Under the pieces are notes generated by a model that was given only the letters and a program-made list of their open reading frames with translations, was not told where the DNA came from and made no database searches. From Octopus bimaculoides (Eukaryota), in the NCBI RefSeq assembly GCF_001194135.2, contig NC_068983.1:10972342-11036341 (forward strand): DNA of 64,000 nucleotides. Reading direction: 5' to 3'. How positions within the stretch are numbered: the first letter of the stretch is position 1; every line of letters starts with the position of its first letter. Below, one piece after another: positions 1 through 12,480 of this stretch. A program made the translations under genes and the position numbers.

Positions 1-221
1 TAACTTTTAAGATGTTTCCATTCCTCTTAACCATTATATATTATTATAATTTCTTGAGATATCAGCTTACCTTAGTTTGCTAAGATTTGACGTGTGTAAA
101 ATTTCTTTGACATTCAAGATTTTTTCTTTTTCTGTCTTAATGAGTTTTTCATGTTTCTGTCCTTGAACTCATACTCAGGTACATTCAGAAACATTGTTCG
201 AATTAATGTTATATGAATGCA

Positions 222-612
222 TAATTGCAGGCATGACAGTGTGAGCTTACTTCCCAACTATGTGGTCTTGGATTCAGTTCCACTGCACTGCACCTTGGGC
301 AAGTGTCTTCTACTATAACCTCAGACTGACCAAAGCCTTGTGAGAGGATTTGATTGATGGAAACTGAAAGAAACCCATCGTATGTATGTATGTATTTTTT
401 ATGTGCCCTTGTCTAGACAGTTGTAAATGAGCAACATTGTCATATAAGTGAGTTTGTTCATTTCCAGTCTTCTGTGAAATATATTTGGCCTTAGTTGGAA
501 ACAGGTGAGAGTTGATGACAAGAAGGGCATCCAGCCATAGAAAATCTTCCTCAGTAAAATTCCATCCATCCATCCATCCATCCATCTTATGAAGCATGGA
601 ACAGTGGGTGTT
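222..612 (+). mobile_element. Old SINE: family A tRNA-like head joined to a family B (RTE-like) tail
   Basis: Head ...gattcagttccactgc...caccttgggcaagtgtcttctactata...gaaactgaaagaaaccc matches family A. The 3' part ...aagggcatccagccatagaaaatct...agcatggaacagtgggtgttaaa matches the family B tail. Same architecture at 61235-61630. Confidence 0.7.
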
Positions 613-1224
613 AAAGCATTGATGTACACTCTTGCACCGGTTTCAGTCATTGGACTGTTACTTTGTTGTGGCACTGCAAATATTTGACTATCCATCCGGT
701 TTTGCAATTACTCTGGTGACAAAACACAATGTTCAACATAGAAAGAAACAAGAAGAAAGGTACAGGTGAGAAAAGTGAAATACCCTGCTATACAAACATC
801 AAAATAAACAGAAATTTGACAAAAATGGAGGAAACAATTACAAAATGATGAAAGTGACTATAGAATTTGTTTAGATACAAGAAACAAATTGAAAAAAATA
901 TTTTTCATGAAAATACTTCAAAATCCATGATAATTAAAGGATAAGGAAGAAATATAACAGTTTGTAGGAAAGTTTAAATTCAGCCAGATCAGGTATGCAA
1001 GTTTAATTTTGTTATATTTTCTGGGGTTGATAACCAACGAAGACTTAGAAATGGCAGCAGATTTGTAATATTTTAATCAGAATGAGATTTATGTGTGCAG
1101 CAACTATTAATGGTAGAAATATAAAAATAGATAAGCAAGGAAAGAATAAGATGTGGGGAAAAGACAAGTAAAACAGCATGCAAAATGAACTCCAAAACTT
1201 GTTGAACTCTTGACTTGAATAAAA

Positions 1225-1450
1225 GAAAAAATATTGATTACAAATTATGGCACAAGGCCAACAATTTTGGGAGAGAGGATAAGCCAATTACATCAACCCC
1301 AGAGTTCAACTGGTATTTATTTTGTTGAACCCAAACAGATAAAAGGCAAAGTCAACCTCAACAGAATTTGAACTCAGGACGTAAAGCCGGGAGGATGAAA
1401 GAAAAAAATGTTAAAACTATATTTGTATCGGCAAGCATTCTTTGTGCTAA
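1225..1450 (-). mobile_element. SINE family C copy (tRNA-derived)
   Basis: ggcacaaggcc...aaaggcaaagtcaacctc...gaatttgaactcag is the reverse complement of the family C copy at 5088-5305. Confidence 0.75.
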
Positions 1451-1799
1451 AACAACTACTGGAATTCAGAGTCTTGATATTGCCAAGATGCTTTTGTCAC
1501 TTGGCTCTAAGTCACCTACAGATGTTATCCTTTTGACTAGCATTCATGCTTTAACCAACTTATCTTCTTCCTGAGCATTGTATATCTAGGACATTTCCTA
1601 ATGTCTACCTCTTTTTTTTTCTTTTCTTCTCTTTCGTGGTATGTAATTTGAAGGAGATTTGGTTGTTAGTGTTAGCAGGTTGAGCGACTTTGTACAGACA
1701 GCTTTGTACAAAGTGGATTCTTGTGAAATGAATTAATTTTTCTTTTCTTTTTAAGTAACCACTTCCAACATTATTTTTAGTTTTAAGAAAATCATTAAC

Positions 1800-2120
1800 A
1801 ATCATCATCATCATTTAACGTCTGCTTTCCATGCTAGCATGGGTTGGATGATTTGACTGAAGACTGGCGAACCAGATGGCTGCACCAGGCTCCAATTTGA
1901 TCTGGCAGAGTTTCTACAGCTGGGTGCCCTTCCTAACGCCAACCACTCCGAGAGTGTAGTGATTGCGTTTACGTGCCACTGGCACGATGGCCAGTCATGC
2001 GGTGCTGGCAACAGCTACACTCAAAATGGTCTTTTTTATGTGCCACCTGCACAGGAGCCAGTCCAGTGGCACTGGCAACGACCTCGCTCAAATGATTTTC
2101 TAACGTGCCACCAGCACGAA
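1800..2120 (-). mobile_element. SINE family B copy with (GAT)n tail, probably RTE-mobilised
   Basis: catcatcatttaacgtctgctttccatgctagcatgggttggatg...cccttcctaacgccaaccactccgagagtgtag recurs at 8820, 34448, 37460, 62110 and 63925. It has internal ~50-bp subrepeats. RTE link is inferred from the trinucleotide tail and the RTE relic in the window. Confidence 0.85.
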
Positions 2121-2934
2121 AGAACAAAATCATAAATTTTCGGTGAATCTGTGTTATTCGTGTTGTATAATACAAACGCAATCTATGAAAATGTTTTTTT
2201 TAAAAAAAACTCAAAATTTTGTGAGACTGATACTAAACCGTTTGAATTTTAAAAGTTTATCTATTGCATGACTGCTGATTCCACACTGATTAAATGCAGC
2301 TAGTTATGTAAGTCAAATCTATATTGTTTTGCTATTTTGCAGTGGTTCTCATGAAATTAAAACAAATTTTTTAAAATGATCTGTTGTGAATAAGACTAGT
2401 TACATCTAGTGAAAATATTTTTATCCCATTTGCCTTTCAGCAAATCATGAGTTTAAAGGGTGCAAGGAGAAGCTGCCCAATGCACTTACACCAAATATTT
2501 CAATATTTGTAGGGATATGAAATGAAGCAGGAGCAATACAAGGATTTCATAGTGATCTTTTCACCATGTTAATTATCAACAGGTTTTATCATTATTTTTA
2601 AGCAACACCTGAATTATATTTTTTGTGAATATTAATGAAATTTCTAATAGATTACTCATTCTATGCACCAGTCTGACTTCACCTTGCTTTTGTGTATGAG
2701 TTTGTGTATATGCATGCATGTGTGTACATGTGTTCTATTCCTGAAATTTAAGTTTTTTTTCTCTCTATAGAAAACAAGCTAGTTGCTAAGAAAGTGATAA
2801 GACTTTCTTTTCCGAGTGAAGGCAGTTTGAGGCATGTGAATGTATATTTATTGCATGTGTGTGATAGGTCTCCATGGTGTATAAATTTGTATTCATGTTT
2901 GTGTGTTTGTATGCTTGCAGTAGATGAATATCTT

Positions 2935-3325
2935 TTACATTTTGTTTGTTTCAGTCATTAGACTGTGGCCATGCTGGGGCACCACCTTGAAGAATTTTTA
3001 GTGGAATAAATCAATGCTAATACTTTTTTTTTTTTTTCCCCAAGCCTGGTACTTATTTTATCAATCTCTTTTGCTGAACCACTAAATTACAAGGACTTAA
3101 ACACACCAACACCTGTTGTCAAGTTGTGGTGGGACAAACACAGACACAAAGACACACACATGTAAATATATATACAATGGGCTTCTTTCAGTTTCCATCG
3201 ACCAAATCCACTCACAAGGTTTTGGTTGGCCTAAGGCTATAGTAGAAGACACTTGCCTAAGATGTCATGCAGTAAGACTCTGCCTGGGACCATGGGATCT
3301 AACACAACCACACCTGCACCTATGT
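2935..3325 (-). mobile_element. SINE family A copy (CpG-decayed)
   Basis: tttcagtcattagactgtggccatgctggggcaccacc...ctttcagtttccatcgaccaaatccactcacaagg...aacacaaccacacctgcacc. Confidence 0.85.
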
Positions 3326-3390
3326 ATATATAATAAAATGGTTGGTGTATGTTAGTGGTAGAGTTGCTAAGGGGATTCAATTGAAGCCCT

Positions 3391-3425
<35 letters not shown>

Positions 3426-3847
3426 CTTCACCAGCTGGTGAAATATTTTAACTGATTCTTGTCTTATGAGTTCAAAGTTTTAAATTCCAATGTGTAAGTT
3501 TTTATTGCATCCTTTACAGAAGCATGCAGTTGTGCTTGTCTCTCTTCCAATATGGTTGGTGTAAAACATTGTTCTTTACTTTATATTTTGTCATATCAGA
3601 CTAAGCCTTTTGTTCTATATTTCTGTCGAAATACACTGCTTTTGTTTCAATTAATTTTGAAAATAATGAAGGTTTTAGTAAAAGTAACTTTGTCATTATT
3701 AAGCTGGTGTTTGGAACTTAAATTAACATACAATTTTGATGAAAGTTTTTAATTTAGATCACTTAAAAACAGGCAGTTTGTATCATGAAATTAGGAGCAC
3801 CAGGTTGGGTATCAGAAAAGTGATTTGTGTAAAAATTTCCTCGTTAA

Positions 3848-4083
3848 CCCTTTAGCATTCAACTTACTCTGTCAAATGTAATGCTTATTTATTTGCATTA
3901 ATTTGAATTAATCATGCATTACCTTGTAGCTTTGAGATTTTGATTATGTGATTGTATAATTTTAGAATGATACTGTAAAATAGGTGTGAGAGACTAGATC
4001 TAACTGGTTTGAACAGAATATTAAAACAGAATATATAAAACAGAATATTTGAGTTGGATGTGGCCGGTTTAAATGCTAAATGG
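3848..4083. mobile_element. piggyBac-type non-autonomous element (MITE)
   Basis: TTAA at 3844-3847 and 4084-4087 flanks termini ccctttagcatt / aatgctaaatgg (one mismatch). TTAA TSD with CCC...GGG ends is the established piggyBac signature. A fragment of the same family lies at about 12665-12735. Confidence 0.75.
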
Positions 4084-5087
4084 TTAAGGATTTCAGTGTA
4101 AGAATAGTGCATAAATGAAGATTTATGCACTATTTCAATAATTTTGACCCTAAATAGGATCCTTTTCAGAAGGTATTATTAGAGTAGAGTTCTTGGAGGA
4201 AAAACAAATTCAAAGTGACAAGTTCAGATAGAAACATACTGTAGCTAATAGCACAAAATATTATTGATCCCTGCTCCTTTTCTAAGCAGCTCCTTTCAAA
4301 AATATAAACTTCTAAAATAAAAGAAAAAAGAAAACACATTCAAATGAAATGTATGTTGGGATACAAAAATATATGAAAGGAAAAGAGTAAACCTGGTTAT
4401 ATTTACCCAATGTTGTTTTAGGTTTTATGTTATGTTGTATTTTCTGTTCACACTCTAAATTGTTGAGGTTTGTGGAGGAGACAAGTCAGGTGTTGTTTTA
4501 TCTCTCTTCTTGAAGAAGGTTCTTTTCATTTATTTTAATATCTATAATTATCAGTTTTAAAATTCCACTGCATTATTGGCAAGTGCTTTTTGTGTGACAT
4601 TCTGGCCCTCCATTTCAGTATTATTATCTGCCCGATTGTATTTTTACTTGCCCAACAAGTCATACTAAATTATGTCATAGCTTTGGATTAATAATAGCAA
4701 ATAGTTATTATAGTAATAGAAAAGAGGTGGTAAAAAGAGTTTAAAAAAAAAATAAAACTCGGGAAAGTGGGTGTAAGACTCTAAGGTCAAGACTTATTGT
4801 CACTTTCAAAATGTCTTAATTTTTATATTTTTAATGATAACCATTACTATAAATGAATTCTTGTTGGCTTTTTGCTTTAGGTTATGTTCTACTTTAGCTC
4901 TTAGTTTTGTTGTTGATTCTTCTCTTTAATACTACTATTAAAAATAGTGAAATACTTCAGCCTTTCATGACTAACTTTAGCTGATAACATCTGCTTTAAG
5001 TATTGTACCCATTGTCTTTTTTATTATTATTATTATCATTTTTATTTTTATTATTATTATTATTATTGTTATTGTTATTATTTTTAA

Positions 5088-6534
5088 GGTGGTGAGCTGG
5101 TAAAATTTTTAGCACGCCAGGCGAAATGCTTTGCAGTATTTCGTCTGCCACTACGTTCTGAGTTCAAATTCCACCGAGGTCAACTTTGTCTTTTCATCCT
5201 TTCAGCGGGGGGTCGATTAAATAAGTACCAGTTGAACACTGGGGTCGATATAATTCACTTAATCCCTACCCCAAATTTGAGGCCTTGTGCTTCCAGTAGA
5301 AAGAATTATTATTATCATTATGAACGTCGCATAGTATACAATATCGTGAGGTTGTTGATTGAAGATATTGTGTCTACCGGGGTTTTGTACTGTTTGTCAA
5401 GTCACAACAAGGACCTCAGACAGACAGTACTTTATGCAATATGCGTGCAGTTTCAAGCAATGCCAACTTTTGCAATACATCTAGATTGTAGGATATCTCT
5501 AAAGTTTTCAGATTCAGCAATATTATTATTATTATCATCATCATCATCATTACTCTTTATTCTTTTACTCTTTTCAGTCATTTGACTGTGGCCATGCTGG
5601 AGCACCGCCTTTAGTCGCGCAAATCGACCCCAGGACTTATTCTTTGTAAGCCTAGTACTTATTTTATCAGTCCCTTTTGCCGAACTGCTAAGTTACGGGG
5701 GACGTAAACACACCACCATCGGTTGTCAAGCGATGGTGGGGGGACAAACACAGACACACAAACATACACACACACACATGCATATATATATATATACATA
5801 TATACGACGGGCTTCTTTCCGTTTCCGTCTACCAAATCCACTCACAAGGCTTTGGTCGGCCCGAGGTTATAGTAGAAGACACTTGCCTAAGGTGCTACAC
5901 AGTGGGACTGAACCTGGAACCATGTGGTTCGTAAGCAAGCTACTTACCACACAGCCATTATTATTATTTTTGTTAAAGCAGCGAGTTGGTAGAATCATTA
6001 GTACACTGGGCAAAATGCTTAGCGGCACTTCATCTATGTTTATGTTCTGAGGTTGACTGTATCTTTCATCCTTTTGGGGGTCAGTAAAATAACACTGGGG
6101 TCAGTGTAATCAACTAGACCCCTCCAACTAAGTTTCAGGCTTTGTGCTTATTGTAGAAAGGATTGGCAACAAGCTGGTAGAATCATTAGTGCACCAGAGA
6201 AAATGCTTGGTAGTAGTTTGGCCAGCTTTTATGGTCTGAGTTCAAATGTCATCGAGGTTGACTTTACCTTCCATCCTTTTGGGTCAATGAAACATGTGCC
6301 AGTCAAATATTGAGGTTGATGTAATCGACAATACCCCTCCCACAAAATTCCAAGCCTTGTGCCTATAACAGAAAAGATTATTATTATTATTATTATTACT
6401 ATTGCCGAGGTTGACTTTGCTTTTCATCCTTTTAGGGTTGATAAAATAAGTACCAGTTGAACACTGGGGTTGATGTAATTGACTCATCCCCTTCCTCAAA
6501 ACTGTTACCCTTGTGGCAAAATTTGAAACTTTTA

Positions 6535-6540
<6 letters not shown>
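5088..6540 (+). mobile_element. Train of four plus-strand family C SINEs (about 5088-5305, 5977-6162, 6165-6378, 6400-6540) with one family A copy between them
   Basis: Each unit has gagctgg..gaat..ttag..c head, gagttcaaat B-box-like motif, gaggtt/cgactttgc..ttcatccttt..ggggtc core and a (TAT)n tail. Confidence 0.85.
5562..5958 (-). mobile_element. SINE family A, near full length
   Basis: Reverse complement reads tggctgtgtggtaagtagcttgcttacgaaccacatggttccaggttcagtcccactg (Pol III A/B-box-like), then an internal (TA)/(CA) tract and the tail gtcaaatgactgaaaaga. Confidence 0.9.
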
Positions 6541-6572
<32 letters not shown>

Positions 6573-7284
6573 TCTTGATTTAATGCTTGTACATCATATG
6601 TGTGATTTAGGGTTTCCCTTATAGCCTAAAGGTAGGGTGTTTTTAAGGCACTGAGAATTGAAAGGGAAAAGGATAACTGAAAACAAAGCAAACATGTCAG
6701 TTTAATCCTGTAATCACAGCTCTTTGTTTGATTCAACGACTGATCAGCCAGAAAATAAAATTTTACTGTAATCAGCAATTATTTAGTGACGTATCACCAT
6801 ATGTAGACTTTGTTTCATGAGTCAGAGCAATGCAGGGTCTCAGCTATTAGTTTTAAAGAGAATAGGAATCACGTATGTCCTTTTAGCAAGGTTCTAAGCC
6901 TATAGAAAACCTGTGGTGTTTAAGAGAAGAAAAATTTCCTTAAGAAACAAAATAAGTTAGGTACTGGGCTACTAACAACATGGCTTTATTCACCATTAAT
7001 ATTTCACTGCCTTGTATCGTCATACATCTCTCTCATATTGGTTTTAAGCTTTGATTTTACGTAGACCATATTAAAACATGTCTTCCATATATAAAATGTT
7101 TTAAACTTTAGCTTTGGTTATCATACTTTAATAAACTCAGATTTGCCATAGCATAAAAAAAAGCAAATTTGTATTCAAAGAAAAGTTGCTTGTATAATTT
7201 GTAAATGGTATTTTCAAAGATAGACTTCAATTTTTGAAGTTGTCACTTTTACATTTCTTATAACATCTACTAGGCCTCTTTCTT

Positions 7285-8730
7285 ATTTCTTTATTGCCTA
7301 CGAGGGGCTAAACATAGAGGGGACAAACAAGGACAGACAAACGGATTAAATCAATTACATCGACCCCAGTGCATAACTGGTACTTTATTTATCGACCCCG
7401 AAAGGATGAAAGGCAAAGTCGACCTCAGTGGAATTTGAACTCAGAAGGTAGTGGCAGACGAAATACCGCTAAGCATTTCACCCGGTGTGCTAACGTTTCT
7501 TATTTCTTTATTACCCACAAGGGGCTAAACATAGAGGGGACAAACAAGGGCAGACAAAGGGATTAAGTTGATTACATCGACCCCAGTGCATAACTGGTAC
7601 TTAATTTATCGACCCCGAAAGGGATGAAAAGCAAAATCGTCCTCGGCAGAATTTGAACTCAGAACGTAAAGGCAGATGAAAAGTAAAAACAATATTCTTT
7701 TCTTTTCTAGGCACAAGGCCCAAAATTTTTGGGAAGGGGAGCAACCGATTAGATAGGCCCTAGTACAAAACTGGTACTTAATTCATCGACTCCGAAAGGA
7801 TGAAAGGCAAAGTTGACCTCGGTGGAATTTGAACTCAGAAGGTAACGGCAGACGAAATACCGCTGAGCATTTTGCCCAGCGTTCTAATGTTTCTGCCAGC
7901 TCGCCACCTCTTTCTACCACACACTAACCTTCAATAATTCATACTATCCAATTAATAATAGTTCTTTTCTCCTATAGGCTTGAGACCTAAAATTTTGACG
8001 GGGGAAAAGCTTAACTGGTACTTATTTTATCAACCCTGAAAGGATGATTTTCATCAAATTGGAATCTGAACTCAAAACATAAAAAGCAGAAGAAATGCCA
8101 ATAAGCATTTTATCTGACATACTAACAATTTCGTCTTCTTGCCAACTTAGATAATAATAATAATTCTTTCTACTATAGGCACAAAGCCTGAAATTTGGGG
8201 GTGGGGGCTAATCGGTTTTATCAACCCCAATACATGACTGGTACTTTTATCGACCCTGAAATGATAAAAGGGAAAGTTGACCTCAGCAAAATTTTAACTC
8301 AGAATGTAAAGATATATGAAATGCTGCTAACGATTTTGTCTGCTTGCCCCTCTTATAATAATAATAATAATAATAATCTTTTCTACAAAGGCACAAGGCT
8401 TGAAATTTGGGAGGAGGGGACTAGTTGATTACATCAACCTCAGTGTTTCACTGGTATGTAATTTATCGATCCTGAAAGAATGAAAGGCAAAATCAACCTC
8501 AGTGGAATTTGAACTTAGGACGTAGCAACAGGTGAAAAACTGTTAAGCATTTCATCCAACATGCTAACAATTCTGCCAGCTCTTCACCTTAATAATAATA
8601 ATAATAATAATAATAATCCTTTCTACAATAGTTTCAAGGCCTGAAATTTGTGGGGAGGGGTAAGTTGCTTATATCAATTCTGGTGTTTCACTGGTACTTA
8701 TTTAATCAACCCCAAAAGGATGAAAGCATT
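7285..8730 (-). mobile_element. Train of seven minus-strand family C SINEs (about 7285-7500, 7503-7685, 7697-7912, 7962-8150, 8164-8352, 8378-8592, 8617-8730)
   Basis: Repeated aactggtac..atttatcgaccccgaaaggatgaaaggcaaagtcgacctc..gaatttgaactcag cores, several separated by (AAT)n tails. Confidence 0.88.
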
Positions 8731-8770
8731 TGGTACATCTTTACGTTCTAACGTCATTTTCGTCACCTTA

Positions 8771-8806
8771 ATGATGATGATGATGATGATGATCATGATC
8801 ACCACC

Positions 8807-8840
<34 letters not shown>

Positions 8841-8848
8841 TCATCATT
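8771..8848. repeat. Compound (GAT)n-(CAC)n-(CAT)n microsatellite
   Basis: Direct reading; the (CAT)n part is the tail of the adjacent family B SINE. Confidence 0.9.
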
Positions 8849-9235
8849 TAACGTCCACTTTCCATGCTGGCATGGGCTGGACGATTTGACTGGGAACTAG
8901 CGAACCAGATGGCTGCACCAGACTCCAATCTGATCTGGCAGAGTTTCTACAGCTGGATGCCCTTCCTAACGCCAACCACTCCGAGAGTGTAGTGGGTGCT
9001 TTTACGTGCCACCGGTAAGAAGGCCAGTCTGGTGGTACTGGCAACGGCCATGCTCAAATGGTGTTTTTTACTTGCCACCTGCACAGGAGTCAGTCCAATG
9101 TTTTGTTCACATGCCACCGGCACAAGTGCCAGTAAAGTGAAGCTGGAAACAATCGCGCTGAAATGGTGCTTTTTACATGCCACTGTCACGGAAGCGAGAC
9201 GCTGCTCTGGCAGTGATCCCGCTCAGGTGGTGCTG
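8820..9235 (-). mobile_element. SINE family B copy
   Basis: tttaacgtccactttccatgctggcatgggctggacg...ggatgcccttcctaacgccaaccactccgagag plus subrepeats tcaaatggtg..tttttac.tgccacc. Confidence 0.85.
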
Positions 9236-9244
9236 TTAGTGCTC

Positions 9245-9280
<36 letters not shown>

Positions 9281-9954
9281 TGTTGCAAATTTTGGCACAA
9301 GGCCTGAAATTTTGGGATGAAAGGATGAAAGGCATGGTTGAATTTGAACACAGAACATTAAAATAAATGCTGTTAAGCATTTTTTTCTTGTGCTCTATTG
9401 ATTATCCTGTGTGTCTTCTCTCTTCAAATGGGCTGTAATTTGAGGTGAATTTGGTTGCTATTTCTCATGTCATGCAGTCATGTAGTGTCTCCTTTATTGG
9501 CTAGACTTACTGTATTATTAAGAATTTGTTTGTTTTTTCTGATTAACATAGAAAATTGTTCAATGCCACCAAAATAAACGATGCCTTTGGGAAATAAAAA
9601 GGCTAACTATTTAATTATTCTAATCACTAGTGCAATAATTAGTCAATTACTAGACCTTCCCTAATTGTTGGGTGATAAACCCCACTGATTTTACAAGCTG
9701 AGAGATGTGAGTTAATGTGTCCATAACTTGCCATGCCAGTTAGAAGGGATTATCAGAAAAACAGACTATAAATAGAAATGGTTGGTGTAATCAGATATAT
9801 GCATGACTGAGTAGTTTTTGAGTTCAATTCCTCTATGTGGCACCTTATGTGAGTGTCTTCTATTGTATCCTTGGATTGATAAATACATTGAGCAAATTTG
9901 GTTGACATACTACACTGAGGCCTGATGTGTGTGTGTGTGTGATGTTAAAAAAAT

Positions 9955-10172
9955 CCAGTACCATTCTTTATCTTTCATTTGTTCCAATCAATGGACTGTG
10001 CCCATGTTGAGTCATTGCCTTGATGGGTTTAGTTGAACGAATCATTCCCATTATTTATTTTTCAAAGTCTGGTACTTATTTTATTGGTGTCTTTTGCTGA
10101 ACTGCTAAGTTACAGGGTTGTGAACAAACCAGCACTGGTTGCCAAGCAGTGGTGGTGGGGGAATAAACACAA

Positions 10173-10203
<31 letters not shown>

Positions 10204-10230
10204 CACATACAACAGGCTTANNNNNNNNNN

Positions 10231-10272
<42 letters not shown>

Positions 10273-10410
10273 CACATACAACAGGCTTATGCTGAGTTTC
10301 AATGCACCAAATTCACAAGGTATTGGTTGGCCCTGGGCTATGATAGAAGACTCTTGCCCAACGTGCTGCGCACGGTTGCAAAGCAAGGTTCTTAACCACA
10401 CAGCCATGAA
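9955..10410 (-). mobile_element. SINE family A copy (old)
   Basis: ttgctgaactgctaagttacaggg...gccaagcagtggtggtgggg...(CA)n...agaagactcttgccc...ttaaccacacagcc. Confidence 0.75.
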
Positions 10411-11664
10411 CTTTTATGTCCCTTAAATCTAAAGGTTCAACAATGGGATTAGCAAAACCTTTAAATCCAGTGCCCTCACATGGTTGCAGTCCAAAGACTG
10501 AAATTAATAAAAGAATTGAAAAGAAAAAAACAGAAACTGAACTTTGCTACAAATCCACTTCAATTCAGTTCCAGCATTTATTTATTTATTTATTAATTTA
10601 TTTATTCATTGCTTTGATTTTTTTTTTGATTTTTATTTTATTCTGTACCAACTATGACTGATTGGACAACATTGCGCTATTTTGCCATTTCTGGAATGTT
10701 TACCATAATTCCTTCTAATCACGTTGATTATAGACTGTATGCTTGACTGATGCCGAATACTATTCTTCAGGCAAATGGCTCCTGTTGCTGGATACTTGAA
10801 ATGGTTTACACCCTGGACTCTACTTCCCTTTTCACCCATTTAATCCTTTCTAAAAAAATTTCCCGAAACATTTCCTATCTGAATACTGTGGAAGTGTGTT
10901 AAACATGTGTCCTCTTGCTCATTTTAGGTTATGACCTTTGTACCTTTTTAAGTTCTGGTATGTCGGTCGAGAAAGTGAACTTGACTTCATTCAATTTAGT
11001 TATTTGTTTGCTGTTGTTGTTGTTGCTATTTTCATAATCATTATCGTGTTATTTCGTCTGAAAATAGACTGATTAGAAACAATTTAAAATACTTGAAACC
11101 AACCAAGCCAGAAATTCCTTAAATTATTTGCTGGTTTCTCAACTCTAGCTTTTACTGAATGACCACTTATCCGCGTTGGATTTTCTGCAGCTAATTTACA
11201 ATTTAATGCTGCAAAATGTGAATCTAGTTTGCTTGCTCCCACTCTCATTTAAAAAGGGTTCAATACCCAGCACTGTCAAATCTTAAATTTCATTATGTTG
11301 AGTGATAATTAACTCCACAGGAGACAAATTGACATTTCATATGTATGTGAGGGGCTGAAAGAGAGAAAGAAGGGGCTGAAGTTTGCAATTTTATTTGACT
11401 GAATTTTTCCATTTCTAAATACATTTATGGAGTTGTATCTTTTACCTTTTCAGTTATTAGACTGTGGCCATGCTGGGGCACTGCTGTGAAGAAGCTTTAG
11501 TGAAATAAATCAACTCCAGTACATTTTTTTTTTTTAAAGCCTAGTACTTTTTCTATCGGTCTCTTTTGCTGAACCATTAAGTTGCAGGGATGTAACCAAA
11601 CCACTACCGGTTGTCAAGCAGTGGTGGGGAGGACAGACACAAAGACACACACATACATGTATGC

Positions 11665-11691
<27 letters not shown>

Positions 11692-11695
<4 letters not shown>

Positions 11696-11892
11696 GAATT
11701 TTGTCAGTGAACAGGTCGCGGTCTCAAAGCGACGAAAATATTTTGACAAATTAAATTTAAATGTTGAAGTGAATCTAACGGATTTTGTGTGTTATTTTAA
11801 ATGGCTTATAAACACTTTCCACGCTGCAGTTGTTTTCGTTCCAGCACACGATCTCAGATCAGGTCACTTGCTATGCAAGTGCATCTCCGTAA
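11692..11892 (+). mobile_element. Insert resembling a Penelope-like pLTR fragment
   Basis: CpG-rich ~200-bp segment nested in (TA)n that carries a type I hammerhead-like fold at its 5' end. Penelope-like elements are known carriers of such ribozymes; the family assignment is inference. Confidence 0.5.
11700..11750 (+). ncRNA. Type I hammerhead ribozyme-like motif with a G3-C8 core variant
   Basis: Stem I tttgtca(11700-06)/tgacaaa(11744-50); core GUGAACA (11707-13); stem II gtcgc(11715-19)/gcgac(11729-33); GAAA (11734-37); palindromic stem III AAUAUU; predicted cleavage after U11743. Confidence 0.55.
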
Positions 11893-12217
11893 TATATATA
11901 TATATATATATATAATGGATTCCTTTCAGTTTCCATCTACTAAATCCACTCACAAGGCTTTGTTTGGCCCAAGGCTCTAGCAGAAGACACTTGCCCGAAA
12001 TACCATGCAGTGGAACTGAACCCGGAACCATGTGGTTGGGGAGCAAACTTCTTACCACACAGCAAGACCTCCCTAAATATTTAAGATTTGTTCATTCAAT
12101 TTTACATCTGAGAATTTATGCTAGCATAGCTCAGACAAATGTACTTACAGCTCAGGTAATTATTTTTACAATCAGGTGCCCTTCTTGTCACTAACTCTTA
12201 TCTTCTTTATAAGTAAG

Positions 12218-12480
12218 AGAGTTCTCGGAGATATTCAGCATGACACAGAGTGTGACAAGGCTGACCCTTTAAATTACAGGCACAACAGAAACAGGAAGAA
12301 AGAGTGAGAGAAAGTTGTGGTGGAAGAGTACAGCAGGGTTCGCCACCATCCCCTGCCGGAGCCTCGTGGAGCTTTAGGTGTTTTTTCGTTCAGTAAACAC
12401 AACGCCCGGTCTGAGAATTAAAACCGCGATCCTATGACCATGAGTCCGCTGCCCTAACCACTGGGCCATTGCGCCTCCAC
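12218..12480 (-). mobile_element. SINE family D (tRNA-derived, OR-like), 3'-truncated
   Basis: Reverse complement starts gtggaggcgcaatggcccagtggttagggcagcggactcatggtcataggatcgcggtt (A box TGGCCCAGTGG). The body matches 42730-43075. Correspondence to the published Octopus OR SINEs is from memory. Confidence 0.88.

Larger units (their letters stand above)
11440..12065 (-). mobile_element. SINE family A copy interrupted by a ~200-bp insert in its (TA)n tract
   Basis: Tail at 11440-11660 and head at 11915-12065 are separated by unrelated sequence 11692-11892 flanked on both sides by (TA)n. Confidence 0.85.

Noticed and set aside
11045-11085. Minus-strand gtct/agac stem followed by GAAA
   Set aside because: The core reads CUAAUCA (G5 and G8 both wrong) and there is no stem I or III.
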